Positions 1 through 13,915 are shown, counted from the stretch's first letter. The stretch: 64,000 nucleotides of DNA from an uncultured Actinomycetota bacterium (GCA_963713245.1 CAVQKZ010000004.1:13223-77222); one strand, 5' to 3'. Numbers and translations are program-made. Notes: a model not told the origin generated them from the sequence alone.

Positions 1-54
1 TCGGTCGGTTGGTTTGGCTCGGTCGGTTGGTTTGGCTCGGTCGGTTGGCTGGGC
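1..54. repeat. 18-bp tandem repeat x3 (tcggtcggttggtttggc; third copy has 2 mismatches)
   Basis: Read directly: units at 1-18, 19-36 and 37-54. The repeat is in frame and encodes the PTEPNQ repeats of the HNH protein tail. It may continue beyond the window. Confidence 0.9.
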
Positions 55-1400
55 CGGTCGAGTTCGTGGGTGTGGTCGATGGGGTAGGTCGCGGCGGGTT
101 CGACGTAGCGGTGTCCGGTCGGGCTGGTCCATGGGGTTTCGCCGTCGGGCTGGCGTTGCGGTCGCCAGCCGGCTTCGTGTTTGGCTCGATGATGTCGGGC
201 GCACAGGGCGTGCATATTGGCCTCGTTGGTCGGGCCGCCGTCCTCCCACGCGGTTTCGTGGTCCAACTCGCACTGTCGGGCTTGGCGGTTGCAGCCGGGG
301 AAGCGGCAGGTGCGGTCGCGGGCGATCACATGATCGGTCAGGTCCTGCGGTGGCCGGTAGACGGTGCGGCCGTAGTCGAGCAGGTGGCCGCGGTCGTCGG
401 TGACCAGGCGGCGCCAGGTGCCGGTGGGGTCGGCGGCCAGGCGGCGGGCCACGGATGCCGGGATGGGGCCGGTGCCGGCCAGTTCCCCGGGCTGCTCGTC
501 CAGGTGCAGGAGGGTCGAGAGGGCAACGGTGACCTGAACGCGCGGGCGTAGCCCGTGTTCGCGGGGCAGCTCGCCTGACGGTGGCCCGTGCAGGGTGTTG
601 AGGGCGACCTGGACGACGGCGTCGGCGCGGCGCTGGTCCGGGGTCCGCTCGTCATCAGGTCCGCAGCGGCGGGCGAGCGCGTCGATCGCGGTCATGACCG
701 TGGCCGCGCCCGGGTCCGGCAGCAGCATCCAGATCTCCGACATGCCGTCCGCGACCGGAGTGCGCACGACCCGCCGCTGAGTGACCGCTTGCTGGTGGCG
801 TTCCTCAGCCGGAGCCGGCGCCACCGTCAACACCGCCTTGCGCACCGAGCGTTTGAAGTTCGACAGCACCTGCTCCGGTGCCTTGGCCACCACGGCACTC
901 TCCACGGCCGTGGCGGTGGCGTCGTCCAACACCATCACGGTCTCGGCCAGATGCCGCGCGTGATGCACCGTGATCTCACCCCGCTCCTGCAGCGCCAGAG
1001 TGGCAGGCAGCCGAGTCATCTCGCGGGCGAACTCCAACCGGTCAGCGGCGGTCCGGGCCGACAACCGCAGCGCGCAGGCGACGTCTTCCCGGACCCAGTC
1101 CTTGTCCAACACACCGGTCGGCGACTTCACCACCGGCTCGGCCGCCATGACCGCCAGCAGCCGCAACTGCTGAGCCTGCAACCACGCCAACTGCTTCTCC
1201 ACCGCGGCCAACGCATCCACCCGCCCGGCCGCAGACAACCGGCGCGGGTCGAGGTGCACCAACGGCCTCACCACCGCCGAGCCCGGAATCACGTCGCGGG
1301 CCCACGCGGCGACATCATCCGGAACGAGGTCAGCGTCCAATAGCGTCGGCACATACGGCAACGGATCTTCGCCGTCGCCCACCAGTCCCGCTTCGCTCAT
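1..1400 (-). CDS. DUF222 / 13E12-type HNH endonuclease (C-terminus runs off the window edge)
   Basis: It is absent from the ORF track because no stop lies in the window. My translation from ATG 1400-1398 reads MSEAGLVGDGEDPLPYVPTLLDADL... Near the 3' end it reads ...DHVIARDRTCRFPGCNRQARQCELDHETAWEDGGPTNEANMHALCARHHRAKHEAGW, an HNH motif. The tail is a PTEPNQ repeat. Confidence 0.8.
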   Translation of the reverse strand, partial: MSEAGLVGDGEDPLPYVPTLLDADLVPDDVAAWARDVIPGSAVVRPLVHLDPRRLSAAGRVDALAAVEKQLAWLQAQQLRLLAVMAAEPVVKSPTGVLDKDWVREDVACALRLSARTAADRLEFAREMTRLPATLALQERGEITVHHARHLAETVMVLDDATATAVESAVVAKAPEQVLSNFKRSVRKAVLTVAPAPAEERHQQAVTQRRVVRTPVADGMSEIWMLLPDPGAATVMTAIDALARRCGPDDERTPDQRRADAVVQVALNTLHGPPSGELPREHGLRPRVQVTVALSTLLHLDEQPGELAGTGPIPASVARRLAADPTGTWRRLVTDDRGHLLDYGRTVYRPPQDLTDHVIARDRTCRFPGCNRQARQCELDHETAWEDGGPTNEANMHALCARHHRAKHEAGWRPQRQPDGETPWTSPTGHRYVEPAATYPIDHTHELDRPSQPTEPNQPTEPNQPT

Positions 1401-1759
1401 ACGGTCGATTCTAGAGCGACCCACCGACAAGACCCGTCGCACTGGGGCTCAGCGCACGCTGGTGTCTTTCGGAGGGCCCGGCCGGTGCGCTGTCCCGGCC
1501 GGCGTGGGCGGGTCCACCACGCGGCAGGCGGCAAAGCACGACGCGCCCAAGCCCGGCATCGCTCGCGTTCTGGTGATGTGTGCCGTGGACAAGGTCGGCT
1601 CGGGCGGCGTGATCGAGGCGAACGGCGGCTGGCTCGAAGATGAGCGGAACGGCAAGTCTGCGCTGTCGATTTCTACCGACGGCCTCGGCTCGTGACCGAA
1701 CGGGCCTGTGGTACTCGGTCAGGAGGCCTGGACCTACTCTTCGTCCTGGCTTTCGCAGC

Positions 1760-2947
1760 TCAGAACCCGCCGGTGCCCTTCGGGGTGCCGAGTCCGCTGG
1801 CGCCGTCCCAGCCGGTCCGAGCGGTGCACCACGCGGCGTTGGCCAGCGGGCACCGGCCGTTGCTGCCCGACTTGACGTCGTTCAGGTTGCTGGCATGGGT
1901 CCAGCTGTACGCGGCCGGATACCCCGCCGTGCGGCCGGACATGGTGTACACGGCGGCGATGATCGGGGCGGCCACGCTGGTGCCGCCATAGACCTGCCAA
2001 CCGGACGCCCCCTGGAACTTGAGGCTGTCGTACATCGCCACGCCCGTGTTCGGGTCGGCGACCGCGGACACGTCCGCCATCGCCTTGCCGGAGCACTGCG
2101 TCGCCGCGGTCTGCCACGACGGCTTGGCGTTCAGTCTCGAACAGCCGCTGCCCGCACCCTTCCAGGCCGTCTCCGTCCAGTGCCGGGCATTCGCAGCCCG
2201 CTTGAGGGACGTGCCTCCGACCGCGATCACGGTGTCGAAGCTGGCCGGCGACGTGACGCCGTAGCCGTTGTCGCCGGTCGAGGCGGTGATGGCGATGCCG
2301 GGATGGTCGTACGCCGGGTTCGGGGCCGAGTCGGCGCTGCTGTAGCTGTTGCTGATGGCCGACACCCCCTGGGTCGCCGCATAGTCGACGGCGGCGGCCA
2401 GGTTCGCCATCGATGATGTCGTGGCCAGGACGAGCAGGATCCGGCAGTTGCGGCAGGCGGCCGACACCATCTCGACGTCGAGACTGATCTCGGTGGACCA
2501 CCCGGCGTCGGTCTTCGGCATCGTCGTGCCACCGACCTGGTTCACCTTGCGAAAGCAGTGGTTGGCGACCGTGCAGGCCGGCAGGCCGAACTTGTTGCGG
2601 TAGACCGCGAGGTCGGCGGCCACGTTCGGGTCGTTGTAGGCGTCGACGATCGCGATCGTCTGACCCTTGCCGGCTGACGCGGACAGGGCGTAGGCGGCGC
2701 GAATGTCACCGGCGCCGAGGCCGCGCGGCGCCGCACCTGCGGCGCCGGCCCGGATCGCCAGCGGCGTCCGGGTGGAGTCGACGACGAGCTTCGCATCGCA
2801 GGACGCGTGCCCCGCGGCCGCTACCGCGCAGGTGTGCTCCACCTGAACCGCCGAGGTCGGCGTTGTCGGCGCCGCGCCGGGGGACACGCACAGTGTCGCC
2901 ACGAGGGCGGCGGCACCGATGACTGCGGTGCGGACGGAGCGGCTCAT
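1760..2947 (-). CDS. secreted S53 (sedolisin/kumamolisin-like) serine peptidase, paralogue A
   Basis: 395-aa ORF with a signal peptide (MSRSVRTAVIGAAALVATLCVSPGAA). Family motifs are GQTIAIVDAYNDPNVAADLAVYRNKFGLP, STEISLDVEMVSA and the catalytic Ser box GGTSVAAPIIAA. Confidence 0.85.
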   Translation of the reverse strand: MSRSVRTAVIGAAALVATLCVSPGAAPTTPTSAVQVEHTCAVAAAGHASCDAKLVVDSTRTPLAIRAGAAGAAPRGLGAGDIRAAYALSASAGKGQTIAIVDAYNDPNVAADLAVYRNKFGLPACTVANHCFRKVNQVGGTTMPKTDAGWSTEISLDVEMVSAACRNCRILLVLATTSSMANLAAAVDYAATQGVSAISNSYSSADSAPNPAYDHPGIAITASTGDNGYGVTSPASFDTVIAVGGTSLKRAANARHWTETAWKGAGSGCSRLNAKPSWQTAATQCSGKAMADVSAVADPNTGVAMYDSLKFQGASGWQVYGGTSVAAPIIAAVYTMSGRTAGYPAAYSWTHASNLNDVKSGSNGRCPLANAAWCTARTGWDGASGLGTPKGTGGF

Positions 2948-3180
2948 TGATCCTCGATTTCGTTTCCCCTGCGGCTACTTCTGGTCGAGCTTCTTGCTCC
3001 GATATATCTTCCTTAACAGAGAACATACAGCGAGGCGGCAGGGCTGGCAAGCCGGAATGGCCGCGAGAGCAAGGGGAAACCCGGAATGGCCATCCCGCAG
3101 AGCTGTGCTCGCCCGAATCACGGGCACGCAGCGTGACGACTCGCGAGAGACTTCCCAGGAAAGTAGAGCGGCCAGACTGA

Positions 3181-3204
3181 GGGCCCGGCGTCAGAGCCGG
3201 GCCC
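3181..3204 (-). terminator. GC hairpin downstream of peptidase B (gggcccggc-gtcaga-gccgggccc)
   Basis: Perfect 9-bp stem (3181-3189 with 3196-3204) and a 6-nt loop, about 28 nt after the stop at 3232. There is no U-tract, as is common in actinomycetes. Confidence 0.5.
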
Positions 3205-3231
3205 CCAGTCGGACAATCAGGTCAAACGGCG

Positions 3232-4407
3232 TCAGAAACTGCTCGTGCCGTTGGGCGTGCCCAGGCCGGTCGGGCCGTCCCACCCCGGGCCGGCCGTGCA
3301 CCAGACGGTGGTCGAGCAGCTGCCGTTCGAGCCGCTGGTCACGTCGTTCAGGCCGGACGGGTTTGCCCAGGTGTACGAAGCCGGGTATCCGGCCGTGTTA
3401 CCGGACATCGTGTACACGCTGGCGATGATCGGCGAGGAGGCGCTCGTCCCGCCGTAGACCTGCCAGCCCGAGGCGCCCTGGTAGCGGGTGGTGTCGTAGA
3501 CCGCGACGCCGGTCTGCGGGTCGGCGACGGCCGAGACGTCGGCCACGGCCTTGCGGGAGCACTGAGTCGCCGCGGTCTGCCACGACGGCTTGGCGTTGCG
3601 GCTGGAGCAGCCGCTGCCGGCGCCACTCCAGGCCTGCTCGCTCCAGCCCCGCGCGTTGCTCGCCCGGCTCAGGCTGGTGCCGCCGACCGCGACGACGCTG
3701 TCGAAGCTGGCCGGCGACTCGACGCCGTAGCCGGCGTCGCCCGTGGACGCGGTGACCGCGATACCCGGGTGGTCGTAGGCCGAGGTGGCGCTGGAGTCGC
3801 TGCCGCCGTAGCTGTTGCTGATGGCCGAGACGCCCTGGGAGGCCGCGTAGTTCACGCCCGCGCCCAGGTTCGCGAACGAGGCCGAGCTCGTCTCGACGAG
3901 CAGGATGTTGCAGGCCGGGCAGGCGGCCGACACCATGTCGAGGTCGAGGCTGATCTCGGTGGCCCAGCCGGAGTTGGTCGCGGGCAGGCTGGTGCCGCCG
4001 CTCTGGTTGCGGATGCGCAGGCAGCCGCTGGCGGTGGTGCAGGCCGGCAGGCCGTAGGTCGACCGGTAGACGGCGAGGTCCGCAGCCGCGGTGGGGTCGT
4101 TGTAGGCGTCGACAATCGCGACGGTCCGGCCGCTGCCGGCCGTAGCCGACAGGGCGTAGGCCGACTGGATGTCGGCCGGGCCGTAGCCGCTCGGTGCGGC
4201 GGCAGCCACGGGCGTGCCTGCGCTGTTGACGACGACCTGGGCCGCGCATGCGGCGTAGCCGGTGGGTGCGGCCGCGCAGACACGTTCGGCATGCCGGGAC
4301 ACAGCGGCTGACGTGCTGGTGGGAGCAGCGGCTGCACCGGCGGCACTCGACAGGGCGGCGACGAGCAGGGTGGCGCCGACGCCGGCCGTGAGGGCGATAC
4401 GGTTCAT
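3232..4407 (-). CDS. secreted S53 (sedolisin/kumamolisin-like) serine peptidase, paralogue B
   Basis: The ORF is 3232..4449. I prefer ATG 4407 (MNRIALTAGVGATLLVAALSSAAGAAA signal peptide) because GGAGG lies 4 nt upstream. It has the same motifs as paralogue A (GRTVAIVDAYNDPTAAADLAVYRSTYGLP, TEISLDLDMVSA, GGTSASSPIIAS). Confidence 0.85.
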   Translation of the reverse strand: MNRIALTAGVGATLLVAALSSAAGAAAAPTSTSAAVSRHAERVCAAAPTGYAACAAQVVVNSAGTPVAAAAPSGYGPADIQSAYALSATAGSGRTVAIVDAYNDPTAAADLAVYRSTYGLPACTTASGCLRIRNQSGGTSLPATNSGWATEISLDLDMVSAACPACNILLVETSSASFANLGAGVNYAASQGVSAISNSYGGSDSSATSAYDHPGIAVTASTGDAGYGVESPASFDSVVAVGGTSLSRASNARGWSEQAWSGAGSGCSSRNAKPSWQTAATQCSRKAVADVSAVADPQTGVAVYDTTRYQGASGWQVYGGTSASSPIIASVYTMSGNTAGYPASYTWANPSGLNDVTSGSNGSCSTTVWCTAGPGWDGPTGLGTPNGTSSF

Positions 4408-4482
4408 GTGACCTCCAGGGGAGTTCGCCCGGGTTGGGCGTAATGTCACATTCCCCCCACACTGGGGGTTTGTCCAGCCGGC

Positions 4483-5106
4483 TCAGGCCCGGTCGATCGA
4501 CCCCGGTGCAGCGGCCAGGGCCGAGTACAGCTCCAGGCAGGCCGTGTACGTCGGCAGCAGGCCCTGGGCCTCGGCCTCGCGCAGGGACGGGGCCACGGCG
4601 TCCTTGTCCGACAGCACCGGCGTGATGTCGGCCGGCCAGGGCAGCCCGAGGTCGGCGTCGAGCGGATCGGTGCCGAACTCGCGCTGGGGGGCGTAGGCCG
4701 TGGAGCACAGATAGGTGACGACGCTGCCGTCGACCAGCGACATGAACGCGTGCCCGAGCCCTTCGGACACGTACACCGCGCGGCGGTCGACGTCGTCGAG
4801 CCGGACGGCGTCCCACTCGCCGAACGTGGGCGAGCCGACCCGGATGTCGACGACGACGTCGAGGACGGCTCCCTGCGGGCAGTACACGTACTTGGCCTGG
4901 CTGGGCGGGACGGCCGCGTAGTGCAGGCCCCGGACCACCCCCCGGGCCGAGACCGACTGGTTGGCCTGCGCGATAGTGAGCGGACGGCCGACGACCTCGG
5001 CCAGCACGTCGGCCTTGAACCACTCGAGGAACACGCCGCGCGGGTCACCGAAGCTGCGCGGCGTGAATTCCCACGCCCCGTCCATCGTCAGGGCTCGGGT
5101 CTGCAT
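4483..5106 (-). CDS. rmlC: dTDP-4-dehydrorhamnose 3,5-epimerase
   Basis: The RmlC cupin signature begins at internal ATG 5106: MQTRALTMDGAWEFTPRSFGDPRGVFLEWF...RGLHY...QAKYVYCPQGAVLDVVVDIRVGSPTFGEW. The upstream part of ORF 4483..5259 is R/P-rich and not protein-like. Confidence 0.9.
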   Translation of the reverse strand: MQTRALTMDGAWEFTPRSFGDPRGVFLEWFKADVLAEVVGRPLTIAQANQSVSARGVVRGLHYAAVPPSQAKYVYCPQGAVLDVVVDIRVGSPTFGEWDAVRLDDVDRRAVYVSEGLGHAFMSLVDGSVVTYLCSTAYAPQREFGTDPLDADLGLPWPADITPVLSDKDAVAPSLREAEAQGLLPTYTACLELYSALAAAPGSIDRA

Positions 5107-5240
5107 GTCCGCCGACGATAGTGGCGGGACGAATTCGGCTCGGTTCCGGCCCCGGCGTGCCAGACTTGGCGGTGGGCGAACCCCGGGAACGAGGGCCGAC
5201 CTGCGCCGTAACCTGGCCGGGCACCGGAACATCGAACGAG

Positions 5241-6425
<1,185 letters not shown>

Positions 6426-6431
6426 TGCGCT

Positions 6432-7876
6432 CTAGGCGACGACCAGCTGCCGGGTCTGCACCCCGGACCGGCCGAGCTGCGACCACACCCCGGCCAGGCG
6501 GCGCACGGCTTCGTCCAGACGTTCGGCCGGCAGCGCGAAGGGCAGCCGCAGGAATCGTTCGAGCGTGCCGTCGACGCCGAAGCGTGAGCCGGGGACGAGG
6601 ACGACGCCGGCCTGCGCGGCGAGCAGGGTGAGCGGGGTCGACAGCGGCGCGTCGAGTTCGGCCCACAGCGACAGCCCGCCGCGCGGTGCAACGAAGCGCC
6701 ACTGCGGCAGGTCGCGGGCCAGCGCCGCCTCGAGGGCTTCGCGGCGCGGGCGCAGTTCGGCCAGCCGCTGCGCCGCGATCTGGTCGAGGTCGGCGAACAG
6801 GTCGGCCGCGACAAGCTGATCGAGCACGGCGCCGCCCATGTCGATCGAGACCCGCAGCGCGGCCAGCCGGTGCACGAGATCGGTGGACGCCCGCAGCCAG
6901 CCGACCCGCAGGCCGCCCCACACCGGCTTGGACAGCGAGCCGATGCTGATGACCGCGGAGTCGATGGCCGCGCTGGGCCGCTCGGGCGGCGCAGCAGCCG
7001 AGGTCGACGAAGGACTCGTCCACCACGACGGTCGTGCCGGTGCGGCGGGCGGTCCGGAACACCTCGCGCCGCGCCGCCTCGTCGACGAGCGCGCCGGTGG
7101 GATTGTGGAAGTCGGGGGTGAGGTAGGCCAGCCGCGGCGAGGTCTGCCGCAGGGTGGCCGCCATCAGCTCGGTCTGCCAGCCGCCGGCCGCGGCCATCGG
7201 CACCGGCAGCAGCCGCGCCGCCGTTGCCACGCACGGCATCCAGCGCGCCCGGATACGTCGGCAGCTCGGTCAGCACGCGATCACCCGGGCCGATGAGCAG
7301 CCGCAGCAACAGGTCGAAGCCGTGCAGGGCCCCGTTGGTGACCAGGATCTGGTCGGGTCCGGTGGGCACGCCGCGGGCGGTGTAGCGCTGGGCGATGGCC
7401 GCGCGCAGCACCGGCAACCCGGCCGGCTCGTAGCCGTCCCCGGCCGCGAGCGGGGTGAGGCCGGCGGCCGCGTTGGCCACGGCCGCCTCGATGCGCCCGG
7501 GCGGGGCCGGCAGGGCGGCGCAGGACAGGTCGATGACGTCGGGCGCGTCGCTGTCGGCCGTGCTCCACCGGGCCAGCGCGGTGCGGACGCGGGAACCGGC
7601 CGGGACGCTGACGAAACTGCCCGAGCCGGTGCGGCTGGTCAGGAAGCCGTCGGCTCGCAGCGCGTCGTACGCGGCGGTGACGGTGGCCCGGCTGATCTGC
7701 AGGGCCACGGCCAGCTCCCGTTCGGACGGCAGCCGGGTCTCGGTGGCGATGCGGGCGTCGAGGATGAGCGCGGTGATGGCCGAGCTGAGGGCGGTGTAGA
7801 CCGGGCCGGGCAGGGTGTGCAGATCGGGCAGTTGCGCGGCCAGGGCCCGGCCGCCGAGACGGGAGACTGGAGCCAT
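6432..7876 (-). pseudogene. MocR/GntR-family PLP-dependent transcriptional regulator, frame broken twice as assembled
   Basis: The protein is spread over three frames. The N-terminal wHTH plus aminotransferase start lies in ORF 6422..7897 (SERELAVALQISRATVTAAYDAL...LVTNGALHGFDLL). The middle lies in 6262..7239 (AYLTPDFHNPTGAL...VVVDESFVDL). The C-terminus lies in 6432..6923 (WGGLRVGWLRAS...FLRLPFALP). Breaks are at about 7220 and about 6997. The likely start is ATG 7876 (MAPVSRL). Confidence 0.8.
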
Positions 7877-7895
7877 TGCGCCATCCTGGCACGTC

Positions 7896-7945
7896 ATTGG
7901 TCTGATTGGTATGCCACGCGACTGTGATTGGCACGCGATATTGGC
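7896..7945. promoter_or_regulatory. cluster of four ATTGG(T/C) direct repeats in the MocR / yczE divergent intergenic region (candidate MocR operator)
   Basis: ATTGGT occurs at 7896 and 7905, and ATTGGC at 7927 and 7940. MocR regulators such as GabR are known to bind short direct repeats. The assignment here is inferred from position only. Confidence 0.35.
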
Positions 7946-7970
7946 TGGCTGGGCCTGAAAGGATGCGGTT

Positions 7971-8630
7971 ATGACGTCATTGGCCCGGTCCCGACTGCCG
8001 CGGCGGCTGGTCCAGCTCTACATTGGCCTGATCCTCTACGGGCTGGCCGGCGCCCTGCAGGTGCGCTCCGGGCTCGGCCTGGATCCGTGGGACGTGTTCC
8101 ATCAGGGGCTGGCCCGGCACCTCGGCCTGGCCATCGGCACCGTGGTCGTCCTGGTCGGCGCCGCCGTGCTGCTCGCCTGGATTCCACTGCGCCAGCGCCC
8201 GGGCGTCGGCACCGTGAGCAACGTCGTGCTCGTCGGGGTGTCGATGAACGCGTCGCTGATGTGGCTGCCGCACGTGCACGAACTGGGCTGGCGGATCAGC
8301 GACATGCTCGGCGGCGTCCTGCTGTGCGGGCTGGCCACCGGGATGTACATCGGGGCCAACCTCGGTCCCGGCCCGCGCGACGGCCTGATGACCGGCCTGG
8401 CCCGCCGCACCGGGCGCTCGATCCGGCTCACCCGCACCGCGCTCGAGATCACCGTGCTCGCGGTCGGCTGGCTGCTCGGCGGCACGGTCGGCATCGGCAC
8501 TGTGGTCTTCGCGCTCGGGATCGGGCCGCTGGTGCAGATCTTCCTGCCCCTGCTCGACGTGGGCCGGCGCCGGACGACGGCCGTCGAGGTCGTCGCCGTA
8601 CCGGGGTCGGCTGCGACCGCCGTCACATGA
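7971..8630 (+). CDS. YczE/YitT-like integral membrane protein
   Basis: 219-aa polytopic protein: RRLVQLYIGLILYGLAGALQVRSGLGLDPWDVFHQGL...GPGPRDGLMTGL. It is divergent from a MocR regulator, which is a common pairing. Confidence 0.7.
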   Translation: MTSLARSRLPRRLVQLYIGLILYGLAGALQVRSGLGLDPWDVFHQGLARHLGLAIGTVVVLVGAAVLLAWIPLRQRPGVGTVSNVVLVGVSMNASLMWLPHVHELGWRISDMLGGVLLCGLATGMYIGANLGPGPRDGLMTGLARRTGRSIRLTRTALEITVLAVGWLLGGTVGIGTVVFALGIGPLVQIFLPLLDVGRRRTTAVEVVAVPGSAATAVT

Positions 8631-8709
8631 TCTGCGGTAACAGTTACCGGCGAGTACCGGTTACTTTGGGTTCTGGCACCACTCGTTCGTTGGTGGAAGG
8701 AGAACCCCC

Positions 8710-8811
8710 ATGATCACCAGCACAGGAGCGGGCGTCGCACTGGTCCTCATCGCCCTCGCCGCGCTCGGCGCCATCTCGATAGCCGAAGGCAGTCGCCGCA
8801 AGGACCACTGA
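8710..8811 (+). CDS. 33-aa single-pass membrane micro-protein (below the ORF-track cutoff)
   Basis: The sequence around the start is ggtGGAAGGAGaacccccATG. Translation is MITSTGAGVALVLIALAALGAISIAEGSRRKDH, then a stop at 8809-8811. It is flanked by an upstream palindrome (8635-8649) and a strong downstream hairpin (8829-8867). Confidence 0.45.
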   Translation: MITSTGAGVALVLIALAALGAISIAEGSRRKDH

Positions 8812-8828
8812 GCGCGACCACGCATCTC

Positions 8829-8867
8829 CCGGTGGGCATTCCGAGCACTCCTCGGGGTGCCCACCGG
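8829..8867. terminator. bidirectional hairpin terminator between the micro-gene (+) and the 60-aa gene (-)
   Basis: ccggtgggca (8829-8838) pairs perfectly with tgcccaccgg (8858-8867). There is an inner ccgag/ctcgg stem, and CTTTGCTT follows on the plus strand. Confidence 0.55.
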
Positions 8868-8882
8868 CTTTGCTTCCGGAGC

Positions 8883-9065
8883 TCAGTCCTCGTCGTCGGC
8901 GTCGCTGGACCGGGCCAGCCACGTGGCCAGCCGGTCGATGGCGATCTCGAAGTCGGGGTTGGCGTCGACGAAGCTCTGCAGCCGGGCGGCCAGCCACTCG
9001 AGGCTGACCTGTTCGTCGCCCCGGCGCTCGGCCAGTTCCTCGATGCCGCGGTCGGTGAAGTACAT
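8883..9065 (-). CDS. small conserved actinobacterial protein (DUF6104-like, recalled from memory), acidic C-terminus
   Basis: 60 aa: MYFTDRGIEELAERRGDEQVSLEWLAARLQSFVDANPDFEIAIDRLATWLARSSDADDED. It begins 6 nt after the stop of the upstream Gfo/Idh/MocA gene, on the same strand as kgd. Confidence 0.6.
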   Translation of the reverse strand: MYFTDRGIEELAERRGDEQVSLEWLAARLQSFVDANPDFEIAIDRLATWLARSSDADDED

Positions 9066-9071
9066 GCCCAG

Positions 9072-10058
9072 TCAGCTCTCGTCGGCCGGATAGCGCACGC
9101 CGAGTTGCCGGCGCGACTCGTCGAGCACCTCCAGGATGGCGATGGTCTCGTCCAGCGGGACGGCCGGGCTCTCGAGTTCGCCGGCCCGCAGGCACCGGTG
9201 CACCTCGGCCACCTCCGGGCCGTAGCCGTTGCCGGGCAGTTCGTGCCGGATGATCTGCTCGCCGTCGGCGGTGTGCACGGTCATGCTCGCGGGCCGGTGC
9301 ACCGGCGTGTCGACGCGGATCCAGCCGCGGGTGCCGACGATCAGGCCGCCGAGCGGGCTGTCGAATCGGCGCTGGTGTGCAGCTGGGCCACGTGCCCGCT
9401 GGTGATAGCCCAGTTGCAGGGCGGCGCTGGCGTCCGAACCCGTGGGCGACAGCGTGCCCGTGGCCTGCACCGAGTCCGGCCGGCCCAGGAAGAGCCAGGC
9501 GAACGTCAGCGGATACACGCCGAGATCCAGCAGCGCGCCACCGCCGGCGGACAGGTCGAACAGCCGGTGCTCGGGCCGGTAGTCGAAGCGGCGTGAGAGA
9601 TCGCCACGCACGTTCACCAGCTCACCGATGCGCCCGCTCGCCACCAGGCTCTGGGCCTCGACGACGACCGGGTTGAACCGCATCCACATCGCTTCCATGC
9701 AGAACAGCTGCCGCGCCCGGGCGGTGGCGACGACCTCGCGGGCCTGCCGGGCGTTGAGGGTGAACGCCTTCTCGACCAGCACCGGCTTGCCGGCCTCGAG
9801 TGCGAGCAGCGCGTGCTCGTGGTGCTGGGCGTGCGTGGTCGCGACGTAGACGACGTCCACGTCCGCATCGGCGACCAGTTCGCGGTACGAGCCGTAACTG
9901 CGCGCCACACCGTGCCGGGCCGCGAAGGCCGCGGCCCGGTCGCCGTCGCGGGCGCCGACGGCGGCCAGCGCACCGTCGCCGGACGCGGCGATGTCGGCGC
10001 TGACGGTCGCGGCGATGCCGCCCGCGCCGAGGATTCCCCAGCGGATCGGTTCGGTCAT
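9072..10058 (-). CDS. Gfo/Idh/MocA family NAD(P)-dependent oxidoreductase
   Basis: From ATG 10058: MTEPIRWGILGAGGIAATV...VVYVATTHAQHHEHALLALEAGKPVLVEKAF. The upstream 180 codons of ORF 9072..10604 are out-of-frame kgd and are rejected. Confidence 0.85.
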   Translation of the reverse strand: MTEPIRWGILGAGGIAATVSADIAASGDGALAAVGARDGDRAAAFAARHGVARSYGSYRELVADADVDVVYVATTHAQHHEHALLALEAGKPVLVEKAFTLNARQAREVVATARARQLFCMEAMWMRFNPVVVEAQSLVASGRIGELVNVRGDLSRRFDYRPEHRLFDLSAGGGALLDLGVYPLTFAWLFLGRPDSVQATGTLSPTGSDASAALQLGYHQRARGPAAHQRRFDSPLGGLIVGTRGWIRVDTPVHRPASMTVHTADGEQIIRHELPGNGYGPEVAEVHRCLRAGELESPAVPLDETIAILEVLDESRRQLGVRYPADES

Positions 10059-10066
10059 GGAGCCGC

Positions 10067-13802
<3,736 letters not shown>

Positions 13803-13835
13803 AGTGTCCGGACCATCCTCGGGTCGTCTGGCGGG

Positions 13836-13869
13836 GCCTACCAACGGTCCAGATTACCCGTCGGTAGGC
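13836..13869 (-). terminator. imperfect hairpin between the ABC permease stop and the kgd start
   Basis: gcctaccaacgg (13836-13847) pairs with cccgtcggtaggc (13857-13869), with about 11 of 13 positions pairing and a loop of about 9 nt. It could be the ABC operon terminator or a kgd leader structure. Confidence 0.3.
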
Positions 13870-13915
13870 GTCCACGCCGCGTGATGGCGTTGTTTTGTGC
13901 CCAATCAGACGTGCC

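Noticed and set aside
1462-1695. 77-aa plus-strand ORF in the gap between the HNH gene and peptidase A
   Set aside because: It has no SD, no family resemblance and low-complexity G/A-rich sequence. The region is more likely the HNH promoter and leader.
3398-5023. Long antisense/shadow ORFs (for example 3398..5023, 5088..6155, 10109..11638, 11684..13066, 39008..40774, 43213..45324, 49836..52091, 56734..58068)
   Set aside because: Each lies opposite or out of frame to a gene with strong family motifs. Their translations are dominated by R, G, P, A, D and H, which is characteristic of non-coding frames at this GC content.
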